Assembly: GCA_964019335.1 (NCBI GenBank)
Contig: OZ025687.1
Coordinates: 434,001-498,000 of the forward strand
Source of the DNA: Diplonema japonicum
Lineage: Eukaryota; Protista; Euglenozoa: Diplonemea
Length of the DNA stretch: 64,000 nt
Reading direction: 5' to 3'
The notes beneath the pieces are model-generated. The model saw nothing but the letters and a program-made list of their open reading frames with translations, ran no database searches and had not been told where the DNA came from. The position numbers and the translations under genes were made by a program. Positions 1 to 10,580 of this stretch are shown in pieces; position 1 is the first letter of the stretch; each line of letters opens with the position of its first letter.

Positions 1-1507
1 AAAAAAGAAAAATGTTGAGCAAGCATTATTGTGTGTCATAATTTTTAAACGAAAAAATCTTTGAATTTTTTTTCTTGATGAAAATTTTTCGTTTACCAGT
101 AGTATACCATGTTTTTAATGTTTGTCACATACTGCAGGTTCCCTTCAAAGACATCTTTTAAAACTGTAGAAATGAAAATATTGCGCGAACTGGCAAAAAT
201 TAGTTTGAGTTTCTTTTTCCCCCAGACGTCCAGTATTTTTGTCAGTCTGGGATATTTGCCAGTCCGCTATTTTTCATGATTCAGTAATTTAAATGTGGTA
301 ATTACTTTTATAATCGGTTTGTGCACAAGAAAAAAAAAAAGAAAAAAAAAACTTGCTAATATTTTTTCTTTTCTCTCTCTTTGCACCCATCACTTCACCT
401 CAAAGGGAAAGATAATTGTATATTACAGGGAGAAATGTTCCTTTCTCCACCATTTTTTCTTCTTTTTTTTTTCTTTTTTTTTTTCCTTTCTTTTTTTTTT
501 TTCCGCCTTGCCCCTACACAAATAAATAAAGGGTACGCGAGGATTTAACAAAAAAGATAATCTTCTTTTTCTTTCTTTCTTCCCCCTCCCCCTTTTTTTT
601 TTATCCACCGAGATCAATAACTTAATGGGTATACAGGGCCAGAAGTCCTTTCAAGAAAAAAAATTTTTTTTTTATATTAGCAAGAAAAAAAAAAAGAAAA
701 AAAAAGGAGGGATGAGAAACAAACAACACCAACAAAATATCTTCCCAGTCTCCCCCGGTTTGCGATTTTTTTTTTTTCTTACTTCGATTCAACAGAGCAA
801 AGTGCTCTCCACATGAAATCGAAGGTTTTTGACCCCCCTTTTTTTTCATTCAAAAAAAAAAATTCTCAACGCATTTAAAAGAAAAAAAAAAAAGAAAAGG
901 CTTTCATACCGCACTTGGGCTTAATAATTATTTTCATATTCAGGTCCAAATACGGCACCTGGTTTGCGATTATTATGTAATTGTGAAGCCAACTTGAGGA
1001 TTGGATATCGAACTTGATGATGGGCTGGCTTGGATAATTTTTTTTAATTTCTTTGTATATGTCCCAGGCTGCAGTGCATAATAATCTCAAATTCGGGTAA
1101 TTTAAAAAAAAAATGGTACCCTTCAGATAGACACCCACTGTACACTGCAAAAAAAAAGGGGGGGCAGAGAGAGCCAAGGACGCAATGCATTGGGTCCAGA
1201 AATACCCCCACCCCCCCTTTTTTTTTCCTTTTTTTCCTTCTCTCTTTTACTTGCAAGTATATATTGCTTGTATAGTTGCAAATAACTCTCAGCATCCGAA
1301 GAAAATTCGAAAAAAACGTGGCAACGGGTTGCAAAATACCCCCCTTTATAATAACGACGATAGCATTTATTATTGTCGGGGGAAAAAAAAGAGGAAAAAA
1401 AAAAAGAGAAAAAAAGAAAAAGAAAAAAAAGCACATATAAGACTACCGTTGGAGCAGCAATACGTTTGACAAGCGCTAATGAAAAAAAAAAATTTTTTTT
1501 TTGTTTA

Positions 1508-1847
1508 TCGCTTCATATCCGCTAAGTGACCCGGCCTATGTCCAAATTGGGTCATACTGAATTTCTTTTAGAGCAAAGGTTCACTGATTTTTTTTTTTTT
1601 TTTTTTATGTTTCCCCAAAAAAGAAATCCATATGCAATCTGTATTTTTCCAAAAAAAAAAAAAAAAAAAAAAAATCTTGGGGGCTAACCATTTTTTACCT
1701 CAGAAGTCGCCACTTGGGCTTGGCCATTTTTGGCTGGGCTCTGTCCAACAACGAGAAGCTCGGAAGGCAAGAAATACATCCTTGGTGAAACCATTTTAGC
1801 CCCTCAAATTGCGGGCTGTGATTGGGTCACTTAGCGGATATGAAGGG
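1508..1847. mobile_element. MITE with 22-bp perfect TIRs, probably TA-target (Tc1/mariner/pogo-like)
   Basis: cttcatatccgctaagtgaccc (1511-1532) is the exact reverse complement of gggtcacttagcggatatgaag (1824-1845). TA lies just outside both ends. A related solo end, gggtcacttagcgaatatggag, occurs near 29069. Confidence 0.8.
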
Positions 1848-1860
1848 TATATAATTTTCA

Positions 1861-1893
1861 AGGGCGCCGCCAACACCGGCCTCCTTTAACTCA
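1861..1893 (+). mobile_element. Very short 5'-truncated retroposon 3' end with target-site duplication
   Basis: agggcgccgccaacaccggcctcctttaactca is identical to the outer end of the palindrome arm at ~20785-20817. It is flanked by tatataatttt on both sides (1848-1858 and 1896-1906). Confidence 0.7.
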
Positions 1894-2347
1894 TATATAT
1901 AATTTTGCAATCATAGCTATTGTTGGAGTATGGGGATATTAAATTAAAAAAAAGAAGAGTGAATTGGAAAAAAAAAAAAAGTGGGAGAGGAGGGAAGGGA
2001 TAATGCACCTTAAGACAATGCAAAAAAAAAAAAAAAAGTTGTTTTCCTGTTTGGAAAAATGGGGGGGTACAAAAAATGGTGTCTTTTAGGGCACGAAATC
2101 TGCGCATCAGGACCGATTCAAAAAAAAAAATCGAAACTCTGCTCTCGAAGGCGCACAGTGCGAGAATTACTGGGACTTGACCCTGCCTATTTATTTCTTC
2201 TTTTTTCTTCTTTCCCCCCCTTAGCCCTTTCCCCTCTCCCCCACATTTCTTATTCTTTTCTGCCAAGTCTTTCTTGGGGATGTGCAATACCCTGGAAAAG
2301 AAGAAAGAACAGAGGGGAGGGGGGAGGAGAGAAAAACCACTAAAACT

Positions 2348-2391
<44 letters not shown>

Positions 2392-2605
2392 ACACACACA
2401 CACACGCTCACACACATTCAAAAAGGTGTTTTTAGGGGGAGGGGGGGGAGCTGAGGGAAGGATACTTTTATTTAAAAAAAAAAAACAAGAAGGAACAAAA
2501 GGGAGGTGGGGGGGGGGGGGGTAGAGGGGCAGCAGTGGCTCTATTGCCGTGCAGGAAGAAGACGCCATTGATGGGTTTTTTTTTGAGTGGGATATCTTTT
2601 TTTTT

Positions 2606-2636
<31 letters not shown>

Positions 2637-4170
2637 TCCCCTCAAAAGGGGGCAGATTCTCCTTCCTTTTGGCCTTTACTCCCACCCCATCCCCAAGAAT
2701 TCTTACTTATACCCCCCTCCAGCTCTAATTCTTATGTCCTCATCTATTTTATATTTTTTTTTCCTCAAAAATAAACGAAGAAAAAAAAAAGAAAAAGAAA
2801 AAAAGAAAAACCATTCCATTTGAATAATAAAATCTTGGCTACAACAAAACAAAAAGAATTCTCACAAGGGGGGGAAGGAGAACAAAACGGGCTATGTTGG
2901 CAAAGAAACAAGGTTTCCGGGCTTTTTTTTTTCTTGGGAAATAAAGAAACAGAAACGGAAGGAAACGTATCCCGTTTTCCTACCGATATAGCCCTGGGGG
3001 GGGGGGGGGGGGGTACGTACTTAAGTTACGCTGGTGTTTGGTAATTTTCTTCGATAACTCCCCAATTTCGTTTTTTTTTTTTTTGCCGTTTTTTGTTTGT
3101 AACTCAAAATTAATTAGAAAGAAATAATAATAATGGTTAACAAAAATATGAACAGAAACAAAAAAAAAAAAAGAAAGAAGAAACGACAAGTATAAGAAGA
3201 ACGAGAGAAGGTCTTTCAAAAGAATCTGGCTACTTCCAATTGCAGTAGATACTTGAGGGAGAAGCCCAAACAGAGCACAAAAAAAAAGGGGGTGTGAGGG
3301 TCATATTCAAGCATCTTGCTTGTATCTGCAGAAGACTTTCGCTCAGTACGGCCCAAGAGGATTGTTTTAGCCAAGGCCGTGACCCTCCTAAAAGAATCAA
3401 AAGAAAACAACAACAGCAACTACGCAAAAAAAAAAAAAAAAAAGAGGGGAAAAAAGGGGAGGGAACAAGAGTGAAAAGGATGAAGGAGTGCTGTATTTAT
3501 CTTTCTTTTTCCTCTCATTTATTTCCCTCCCCCCCCCCCCTCAAAATCTAATTCAATTCTTTTTCCTTTTATCCCCTCTTGGTTCACTCACACCAGACTG
3601 TGTTTTTTTTTTTTTTTTTTTTTTAACTTACCGAGCGGGAGAAAGCAGCACAACCACAAGAAAGACTGACGGGGTCAGATGTAGATATGAATACCTTCAC
3701 AAACTACAGTGTGTGAAAGCAGAAAGGGGAAAAAAAAGGAAAAGTTTTTACTTTTTTTTTCCTTTCTCAGTCTGAAATTATTTCCACCATGAAAAATGGG
3801 GGGGGGGGGGGGTGAAGAAACTTCCATGGAGCCCTACCTTGGAATTCTTTTAAAAAAAAAGGCTACAAACCCACGAAAAAAAGAAATCTGAACGGCCCTT
3901 TTTTATTACAGCTCCCCCCCCTTTTTTTTTCGTTTGCCAAAAACCAGTTCGGGGAAAGAGATATGAGGAAAAAAAAAGAGGGAAAAAAACGGGGGGGGGG
4001 GGGAAGTGCGTGATGCAATTTCAGAAATAAGAACGGGGATTTGAAAAAAAAAGGGGGGTATTTTTTTATTTTTTATTTTTTTTTTTTTGCTCATTTTTTT
4101 ATATCCCGTCGTTGGAAATAAGGAAGAAAAAAAAAGAAGAAAAGAAACCAGCTTGACAAAAAAAAAAAAA

Positions 4171-5139
4171 ATGCAGCACACCACGTCGCTACGTGTGATC
4201 GACCAGAACGGTAGCCTTTACACTCTCCCTGAAACATTTTTAAAAATGACGATGGGGGCGGTGAAAAAGAATCTGGAGAAGTACACGATGACACACAAGG
4301 AAAACATGCAGCTCCTGTACAACGGCACAGCGCTTGCCGACAACACCACATGCCAGGAAATCGGCTTTGCAACAGGCACTCACCTTCACCTGCAGAGACG
4401 AGACGAACGGGGCCCGCACATGAACCCCCACAAGCCTGCAATAGGAATCCCATCATCTCGCGTACCCCAGCAAACGGGTCGACAAAATCCATCGTATCCA
4501 CAAGAAATGGGTTCTTTCAGCAATCAAGGCAGTACTTCCCGACAGAATCCATCATATCCTCAAGAAATGGGTTCTTTCGGGATTTCTCAACAAAACCTAT
4601 CGTCCTCTCAAGAAACAAATTTTTTTAGCGGCGCGAGAATGAGCGCGCACCCTTTGAGGGTACATGATCACAATGGCAGTGTCTACACACTGTCTGCAGG
4701 GTCGCTGAAACTAACAGTTGGGGAAATTAAAAAGATATTGGAAAAACACGCGCTTTTGGAAAGGCAGCACATCCGTTTGCTTTACAAGGGCAGAGAGCTT
4801 AGCAACACTTCTACCTGTAGAGATATTCGTTTTTTCGCAGCAACCGACCACCTTGAGCTTTCAAGAGTAACGCCAATGACCGACCTACGCGTGCTTTCAA
4901 CTCATGACAATAGAGAATTCTCCGTAAGGGTGAAGTGTGGCAGTCCCGCTGGTGTCAAGGTCGCCTCGCTGAAGCAAGCCCTTGCACACCAAACGGGAAT
5001 ACCTGCCGAAGAACAGTGGCTTACACACCAAGGCAGGGAATTGCATGAGACCTGTGCCGGGGTAACAGCTCCATTGCATCTTACAAGGATCCCTTCGGTC
5101 ATCGACCACCAAGAACCTGCGCTGATCACGTTTCTTTAA
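4171..5139 (+). CDS. Protein with three tandem ubiquitin-like domains; paralog of 10581-14334
   Basis: ATG at 4171 follows a poly(A) run. Three Ubl-fold segments are visible (e.g. MTMGAVKKNLEK...LLYNGTALADNTT; VASLKQALAHQTGIPAEEQWLTHQGREL). RQNPSYPQEMGSF is duplicated with a 60-nt period (4479-4578). Confidence 0.8.
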   Translation: MQHTTSLRVIDQNGSLYTLPETFLKMTMGAVKKNLEKYTMTHKENMQLLYNGTALADNTTCQEIGFATGTHLHLQRRDERGPHMNPHKPAIGIPSSRVPQQTGRQNPSYPQEMGSFSNQGSTSRQNPSYPQEMGSFGISQQNLSSSQETNFFSGARMSAHPLRVHDHNGSVYTLSAGSLKLTVGEIKKILEKHALLERQHIRLLYKGRELSNTSTCRDIRFFAATDHLELSRVTPMTDLRVLSTHDNREFSVRVKCGSPAGVKVASLKQALAHQTGIPAEEQWLTHQGRELHETCAGVTAPLHLTRIPSVIDHQEPALITFL

Positions 5140-5572
5140 TTGAATCCGTTTTCTCCTTTTTTTTGTTACAAATATTTATCTTTTAAAAAATGATTTTATA
5201 ACTATATGCAACTTGTGCCGAGCAAAAAGCTTTCGCAGCTTTTTTTTAAAAAAAACTTTTTTTTTTTTTTTTTTTTGCTCGTGCGAACAACAAAGACATA
5301 TAGTCATAAAGAGGTTATTATTTTTTTCCTTACCAAGAAAAGAAGATCGTTCCGACTTAAATGTTTATTCTTTTCTATTTTTTTGTTTTCTCTTCTTTTT
5401 TTTTTCTTTTTTTTTCGGAGCTCGTAATCACCCATCTTTCATGTTTCCTATGAACTTTTTTACTGCTATTAACACCTTTTTTCTTCTTTCTTTTTTTTTT
5501 CTTCTCTTCTTTTGGGAATTTAAAAAAAAAAAAAAAAAAAAGTGAGGGTGGAAAAGAAAAAAAAAAAAAAAA

Positions 5573-6501
5573 ATGCCGCGAACGCAACAACGAAAACTAG
5601 AGAACCTCGCAGGTAAGTTGGGCAAGTGTAGGAGGGAGAACACGTTTCTAGATGGGGAAGACGAAGATGTGAAGGCAGTGGAAAGCTTGGAGGATGTAGA
5701 CAGGGTATTGAAGCACCTGGCGGACGGCGACGTTGAAAGGGTGGGATACAAGGTAGGACTGAACCTCCCAGAAGGAGCCTTCCGAGGAGTCGGGCTGGCT
5801 GAACCGTTCACTGCACCTATACTAAAGGGGTGGGTTGTGGGTGATGGGGCAGAGGTCAGTGGCTTATATGCTACACGGCCTGGAATAGCGGAAGCAGAAT
5901 GGGGGTTCATCATAGGGAAGGACCTTCCATCAAGCACCTCCCCAATGGACCTTGATCAGGTGGCTGCAGCGACTTCCCATCTATGTCTTTGCATAGAAAT
6001 AGCAGCTAGCTGCATGCAAGGGCCTTCTCTCACCCTCCTCCAAAAGCTGTCAGACCATGGTTTGTGCACCTCTGTTGTTGTTCGTCCGCTCTGTCCCACG
6101 GCTCCGCTTCTAGAGACGGAGACAGGTCTTGAGGTTCTTGCGGAACAAGATGTTTCCTTGTCGGTGAACGGGAAGCGTGTCGTGGGCCCTGCTGCTGCAA
6201 ACCCCTTGAAGGAACTCCACCGCCTGATCAGGTTGACCCACAGTAAAGGACAGGGTTTGCAAAAAGGAGATTTGGTCATTACGGGTGCTGTTGTGAAGGT
6301 ATGGATTGGGGGTGGAAAAAAAAAAAAACCTTTTTTTTTTTTTTGCAGCATGTCGGGCTCAAACCAAACGATCAAGTTGTCGCGTCGTTCCAGCACCCTA
6401 CTGGTATGGGGGGGGGGGGAAGTTTTTTTAAAAAAAAATCAGGAGATGAGCTTGTACATGTGAAATGCAGTATCGGTGCTCAGGTGCCTTCTAAATTATA
6501 A
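5573..6501 (+). CDS. Fumarylacetoacetate-hydrolase-superfamily protein (2-keto-4-pentenoate hydratase MhpD-like) with C-terminal PTS1; join(5573-6298,6349-6403,6443-6501)
   Basis: Motifs GYKVGL, EAEWGF, CIEI, NPL and LQKGDLVITG. GT-AG introns at 6299-6348 and 6404-6442 restore HVGLKPNDQVVASF and end the protein in SKL-stop. Confidence 0.8.
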
Positions 6502-6557
6502 AAAAAAATTTTTTTTTTGTTACTCAATTTTTCATAACACAAATTTCGAAAACAAAA

Positions 6558-6606
<49 letters not shown>

Positions 6607-6790
6607 AGCCCACCAATTGAGACATTTTAAGCGGAAGCACAACACCACGAGACAACACAACAACAACAAAAAAGAAGAAGAAAAAAAAAAAAAAAACCGT
6701 GAGTTGGTACCTTGTTCCTTTTTCTTTTTCTTTTTTTATTTACAAAACGAGAAAGAAGAAAAGGTGCCCCCAGCGTGCTTTTGATGTGTC

Positions 6791-6834
<44 letters not shown>

Positions 6835-6867
6835 CAAGTTATTGAAAACAATTCACCCCATCAAGGG

Positions 6868-6916
<49 letters not shown>

Positions 6917-6932
6917 TTGTTAAAAAAAGAAA

Positions 6933-8015
6933 ATGTTATGCACTCCCACAAAACCAGCAGCCACACCGTCTGAAAAAAGTTCAAAACACAGACGACACAT
7001 AAGGACACCGTTAAGCGACGGTGGCCGACAAAGGGAAAAAGAAGGCGGGCATTGGCTAACAGGCCACAAGCCCCCTGCAGCAAGGGACCTCCCGGGCGTG
7101 AACGCTTCTCTAAAGCTACCGGAAGGCGACACCTCAATAGAAAGACTGTTCACAACGCACCCAAGGGTGATGCCGTTCTCCCACCGATCGATACATTCGG
7201 TGAGGCATCCTTTCATAAGACACACAACACTGGACGGAAACCCATATTCAAAAAGAAAACGACCCCGGGCAAGCGACATGGCAGAGGGTAGCAATACCCA
7301 AGGAATGACTACTTTACAGAAATTGAAATGCAAAAACCCGGTTTATGTACAAACAGAGGAGAATAAATGGGTAGAATTGGCCCATCTGTTCGACGTCATT
7401 GCAATGGAAGACGAAGTCACAAAACGGCGAATTGAAATTCTGACAAGCAAGGTTTTTATTGAGGAGCTTGACATTCTGTGGGGCAAGGCCGTGGTCATTA
7501 ACAATATGCTGACCCATTCTGCGTACTCGGATATAACGTGCGCTGCCTGGCGGTTGTTCGTTTCACCGCTCTGCGATCACGGGAGCGAATTATTTAAAAT
7601 TATAATGCGGGGTGTCGACGCCGACTGCAGCATAGACTGCACAGAGGCTGGTATTGACTATGGTGCATTTACAATATCTATGATGGAACTAGTTGACAAT
7701 TGGGCAACAACCACGAGCCCGACATCGTACGCCGATTGTCTACGACTGATCACCACAGCTTATTATAGGCAGCACAAGGAGTCAGACGGTGTTGGAGCTG
7801 ACTCATCCTCTGCTTCTGTTGAGTGCCGGGACCTCACGTGGGCCGAGAAGAAGCACGTCATAACAAAACAGTTCTCCGCCGATGCTTTCAAATTCCTCCC
7901 GCCCTCCATCATTAAAATCCGGAAACGCCCCGTGACCGGGTTGTCCGAGTACTATCTGGTCCCTGTTCCGCGTGACGACGACCCGCCGAGACCAGAACAC
8001 CCCGAACCCGAATGA
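6933..8015 (+). CDS. Hypothetical protein, 360 aa
   Basis: Long ORF with coding-like composition between homopolymer spacers; no domain confidently recognised. Confidence 0.7.
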   Translation: MLCTPTKPAATPSEKSSKHRRHIRTPLSDGGRQREKEGGHWLTGHKPPAARDLPGVNASLKLPEGDTSIERLFTTHPRVMPFSHRSIHSVRHPFIRHTTLDGNPYSKRKRPRASDMAEGSNTQGMTTLQKLKCKNPVYVQTEENKWVELAHLFDVIAMEDEVTKRRIEILTSKVFIEELDILWGKAVVINNMLTHSAYSDITCAAWRLFVSPLCDHGSELFKIIMRGVDADCSIDCTEAGIDYGAFTISMMELVDNWATTTSPTSYADCLRLITTAYYRQHKESDGVGADSSSASVECRDLTWAEKKHVITKQFSADAFKFLPPSIIKIRKRPVTGLSEYYLVPVPRDDDPPRPEHPEPE

Positions 8016-8138
8016 TGTTTTGTTTTGTTCTTTTTTTATGTTTTTTTTTTTTGTTTTTGTTTTGTTTCTTGTTTTTCTTTTTTTTTTTTTTTTAAAAAGA
8101 AAACAAAAAATTCTCATTTTTCTTATAAGAATGGCGGT

Positions 8139-10139
8139 ATGGGACCGAACAACCATGTGCTTTGCGGTGAATCGCCTGAAGGTCTTCTTTCTGTTCCTTC
8201 GAGCCGCACCCTTCAGTTGTACCCTGCTGCCTTCTGCACGGCATTGAACAATGTAGCCCTCGTGTTGCTGCGGTTTTTCCTTCTACCGAAGGTCATGCTG
8301 TTCATAAAGCGGCTGCGAAGGAAATCGTTGACGGAAAATCTCCCGACACCGCGGATGACGACCGAGATACTGAAACGGCAAAAACTATTCGCCAGCTGGC
8401 CGGCAAACCTCCTGGAGGAAGTCATAAACATGCTGAAACCCTTCACCTTTTACCCGCGCGAGTACATTATACACGAAGGCGAACCAGGAACAGGCATTCT
8501 GTTCTTAATACAAGGACAAGTCGAGGTTCTAAAACGAAAAAACCCCGGAGCATCAAAAAAACTAGGTAAGGACAACACAGTGTCTCAAGCAATTTTGAAC
8601 CCCGTGGCGGTCATCGGCGAATTCACAGCTCTGACAAGGGATAAAAGAAGAGCCTCGATTCGAGCTGTCGGCAACTCAACACTGTTGTTTCTAAGCAACG
8701 CAGATCTAGCATCGTTTCTACCAAGACTACCATCTGCCGCAAAGGAAAGCTCTGTCTCGACAATCTTGCAAGAAAGGGCGAAGGGGATGCTGGCTACCCA
8801 ACAGTTCACCAATACAAACCTCCGCGAGTACTGCCCGTTACTAAAATCCGCACCAGAAGACGTTCTGAACCATCTCCGAACAAAACTGGAACCGATGTCC
8901 TTCTACAAAGATGTCCCAATTCTGACACCAGGCACGAGGCCGGACAAGATATACTTCCTCGTCACCGGGAAATGCGAGCAAAGCTTTGAAAACACCACCG
9001 ACAAAACCATAATAAACCCACCTTTCACGTTCGGACACACCGAGGTTTTTCTAAACCGAAACTGCTCTGAAGCCGTTAAAACAGTCGCGACATGCGACAC
9101 TTGGATCCTATGGAAGTCCGACTTCGACAACATCAGATTCATCTCACCGCTAGCATGGTCTAGGATAACAGAAATCGCAACTGAACAAAACGCCGCTCAG
9201 CGGGATAAGTTCATTTCTATCGCACCGCATTTGATCCGTTCTATCCCGACAACGGCGGGGCTTTCTACTAAGCGGTGTTTGCGGCTTTTCAACAAGTTCG
9301 AGATGAAGCTGTACAACCCGTTGCAGCTTGTAGTGTCTGCGTCGCAGATAGCTGACCGCCTTCTTATCTTGGTTTCGGGACGGGTTTTGATCGCTGGTAA
9401 AGCATGGCGTATCTACGAGGCAATCGGTTTTACGTGTATTCACAACCATCGTTGGCCGCATGCTGCTGTCGCGCAGACGATCGTTGAATGTCTTGAGATC
9501 AGCGTGGAGGATTATACAGATTTCTTGAAACTGACCGGGAACTACGGGTCGGCGAAACAACTGTGCAAATGGCTGATGTTTCCAGGATGTTATGGGGCTG
9601 CGGAGCTCCTTCGCGGAAGGGACGCCACGTCGCATCTACAGGCACCTTTAATGTACCCAGTCAGCTCCCGACAACATGTAAACCAGTTAGAAACAGGTTT
9701 TGTAAGCATGACGAACCGGGTCAAGACAACATCCGCACCCAGTGAAATGAAAAAGTGCAACAAGCAGAAATCGGATGGTTCCTTACAAGCGAGGCTTGAT
9801 AGAGTACGTGGCCCTCAGGGGCACAGGAGTTCTGCTTGGGGAAGCCTTTTCAAGTGTTTCTCACAGAATACTGATGATTTCTTTTTGGAGTACGCGCTAA
9901 GGCAAACCAGTGTTGTTGAGGACTTCGTCAAGGAACGGTCTCCTTTGCACCGCCCCAAAAAGCTAAGAAGCCCTGTGCCGCTGACCCCCCACCCGCCTCC
10001 CCCTCCTGTGGACGTTGCCTGTCTTACCACGCGTTTCTACCCGGAGTATATGAAACCTGCGTCCATGCGCAGTCTTTCCGCCAACATCCCTAAACAGCGC
10101 TTCCTGTATGCAATGCCCTTCACACCTGTGCCTCATTAA
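8139..10139 (+). CDS. Cyclic-nucleotide-binding domain protein (about three tandem CNB domains)
   Basis: CNB signatures IIHEGEPGTGILFLIQGQVEV...IGEFTALTRDKRRASIRA, PGTRPDKIYFLVTGKC...FGHTEVF and ADRLLILVSGRV. First plausible ATG after the poly(T) spacer is at 8139. Confidence 0.85.
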   Translation: MGPNNHVLCGESPEGLLSVPSSRTLQLYPAAFCTALNNVALVLLRFFLLPKVMLFIKRLRRKSLTENLPTPRMTTEILKRQKLFASWPANLLEEVINMLKPFTFYPREYIIHEGEPGTGILFLIQGQVEVLKRKNPGASKKLGKDNTVSQAILNPVAVIGEFTALTRDKRRASIRAVGNSTLLFLSNADLASFLPRLPSAAKESSVSTILQERAKGMLATQQFTNTNLREYCPLLKSAPEDVLNHLRTKLEPMSFYKDVPILTPGTRPDKIYFLVTGKCEQSFENTTDKTIINPPFTFGHTEVFLNRNCSEAVKTVATCDTWILWKSDFDNIRFISPLAWSRITEIATEQNAAQRDKFISIAPHLIRSIPTTAGLSTKRCLRLFNKFEMKLYNPLQLVVSASQIADRLLILVSGRVLIAGKAWRIYEAIGFTCIHNHRWPHAAVAQTIVECLEISVEDYTDFLKLTGNYGSAKQLCKWLMFPGCYGAAELLRGRDATSHLQAPLMYPVSSRQHVNQLETGFVSMTNRVKTTSAPSEMKKCNKQKSDGSLQARLDRVRGPQGHRSSAWGSLFKCFSQNTDDFFLEYALRQTSVVEDFVKERSPLHRPKKLRSPVPLTPHPPPPPVDVACLTTRFYPEYMKPASMRSLSANIPKQRFLYAMPFTPVPH

Positions 10140-10206
10140 TCATAGGGGGTTTTTTTTTTTCTTTTCTTAAATATCCGACCTTACGATCGAGATTTTTTTT
10201 TTTTTT

Positions 10207-10426
10207 AAAAGGGTGGTCCTCAAGTGGGATTTGCCCTTAAACACCGCCTTTTTTTATTTTTGGTCGGGAAAAGTACTCTTCAAACCTGCTGGGACGCTAG
10301 TAGGAGCCGTTGAAGGGTGCCTCTCGCCTGAAGAGGTCAGCACCTGGAGGAGTCGCGAGATTTGACCGAAACTGAGGGATACCTAGTACTGACCATACCT
10401 AGTACTGACCATACCCCCACCCTTTT
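10207..10426. repeat. Small element with 10-bp inverted ends and an internal 16-bp tandem duplication, enclosing the hammerhead
   Basis: aaaagggtgg (10207-16) and ccaccctttt (10417-26); atacctagtactgacc twice (10379-10410). Confidence 0.45.
10322..10373 (+). ncRNA. Candidate hammerhead ribozyme, non-circularly permuted
   Basis: CUGAAGA (10328-34), GUC (10352-54) and GAAA (10368-71). Stem I tctcgc/gcgaga (6 bp), stem II ggtcag/ttgacc (6 bp including one G-U), stem III act/agt. Confidence 0.6.
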
Positions 10427-10580
10427 TAGGGCATGCAGCTTTCGTCTCAGGGAGCTGTTAATTTGAGTTTTTTTTTTTTTTCCGGTGATCGATTAGTGTG
10501 TGTTTTTTTTTTTTTTTTTTTTTTTGTTCTTCGATTCTTAACCTAACAAGGAAGGGGTGGGTGTTCAAAAAAAAAATTAA

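Noticed and set aside
1-3200. Many short ORFs rich in K, F, G and P here and in other spacers
   Set aside because: They are translations of homopolymer runs, not protein-like sequence.
10436-10458. Second hammerhead on the minus strand (ctgagacgaaa within a cagct/agctg hairpin)
   Set aside because: It lacks a full CUGANGA, stem II and a cleavage-site strand.
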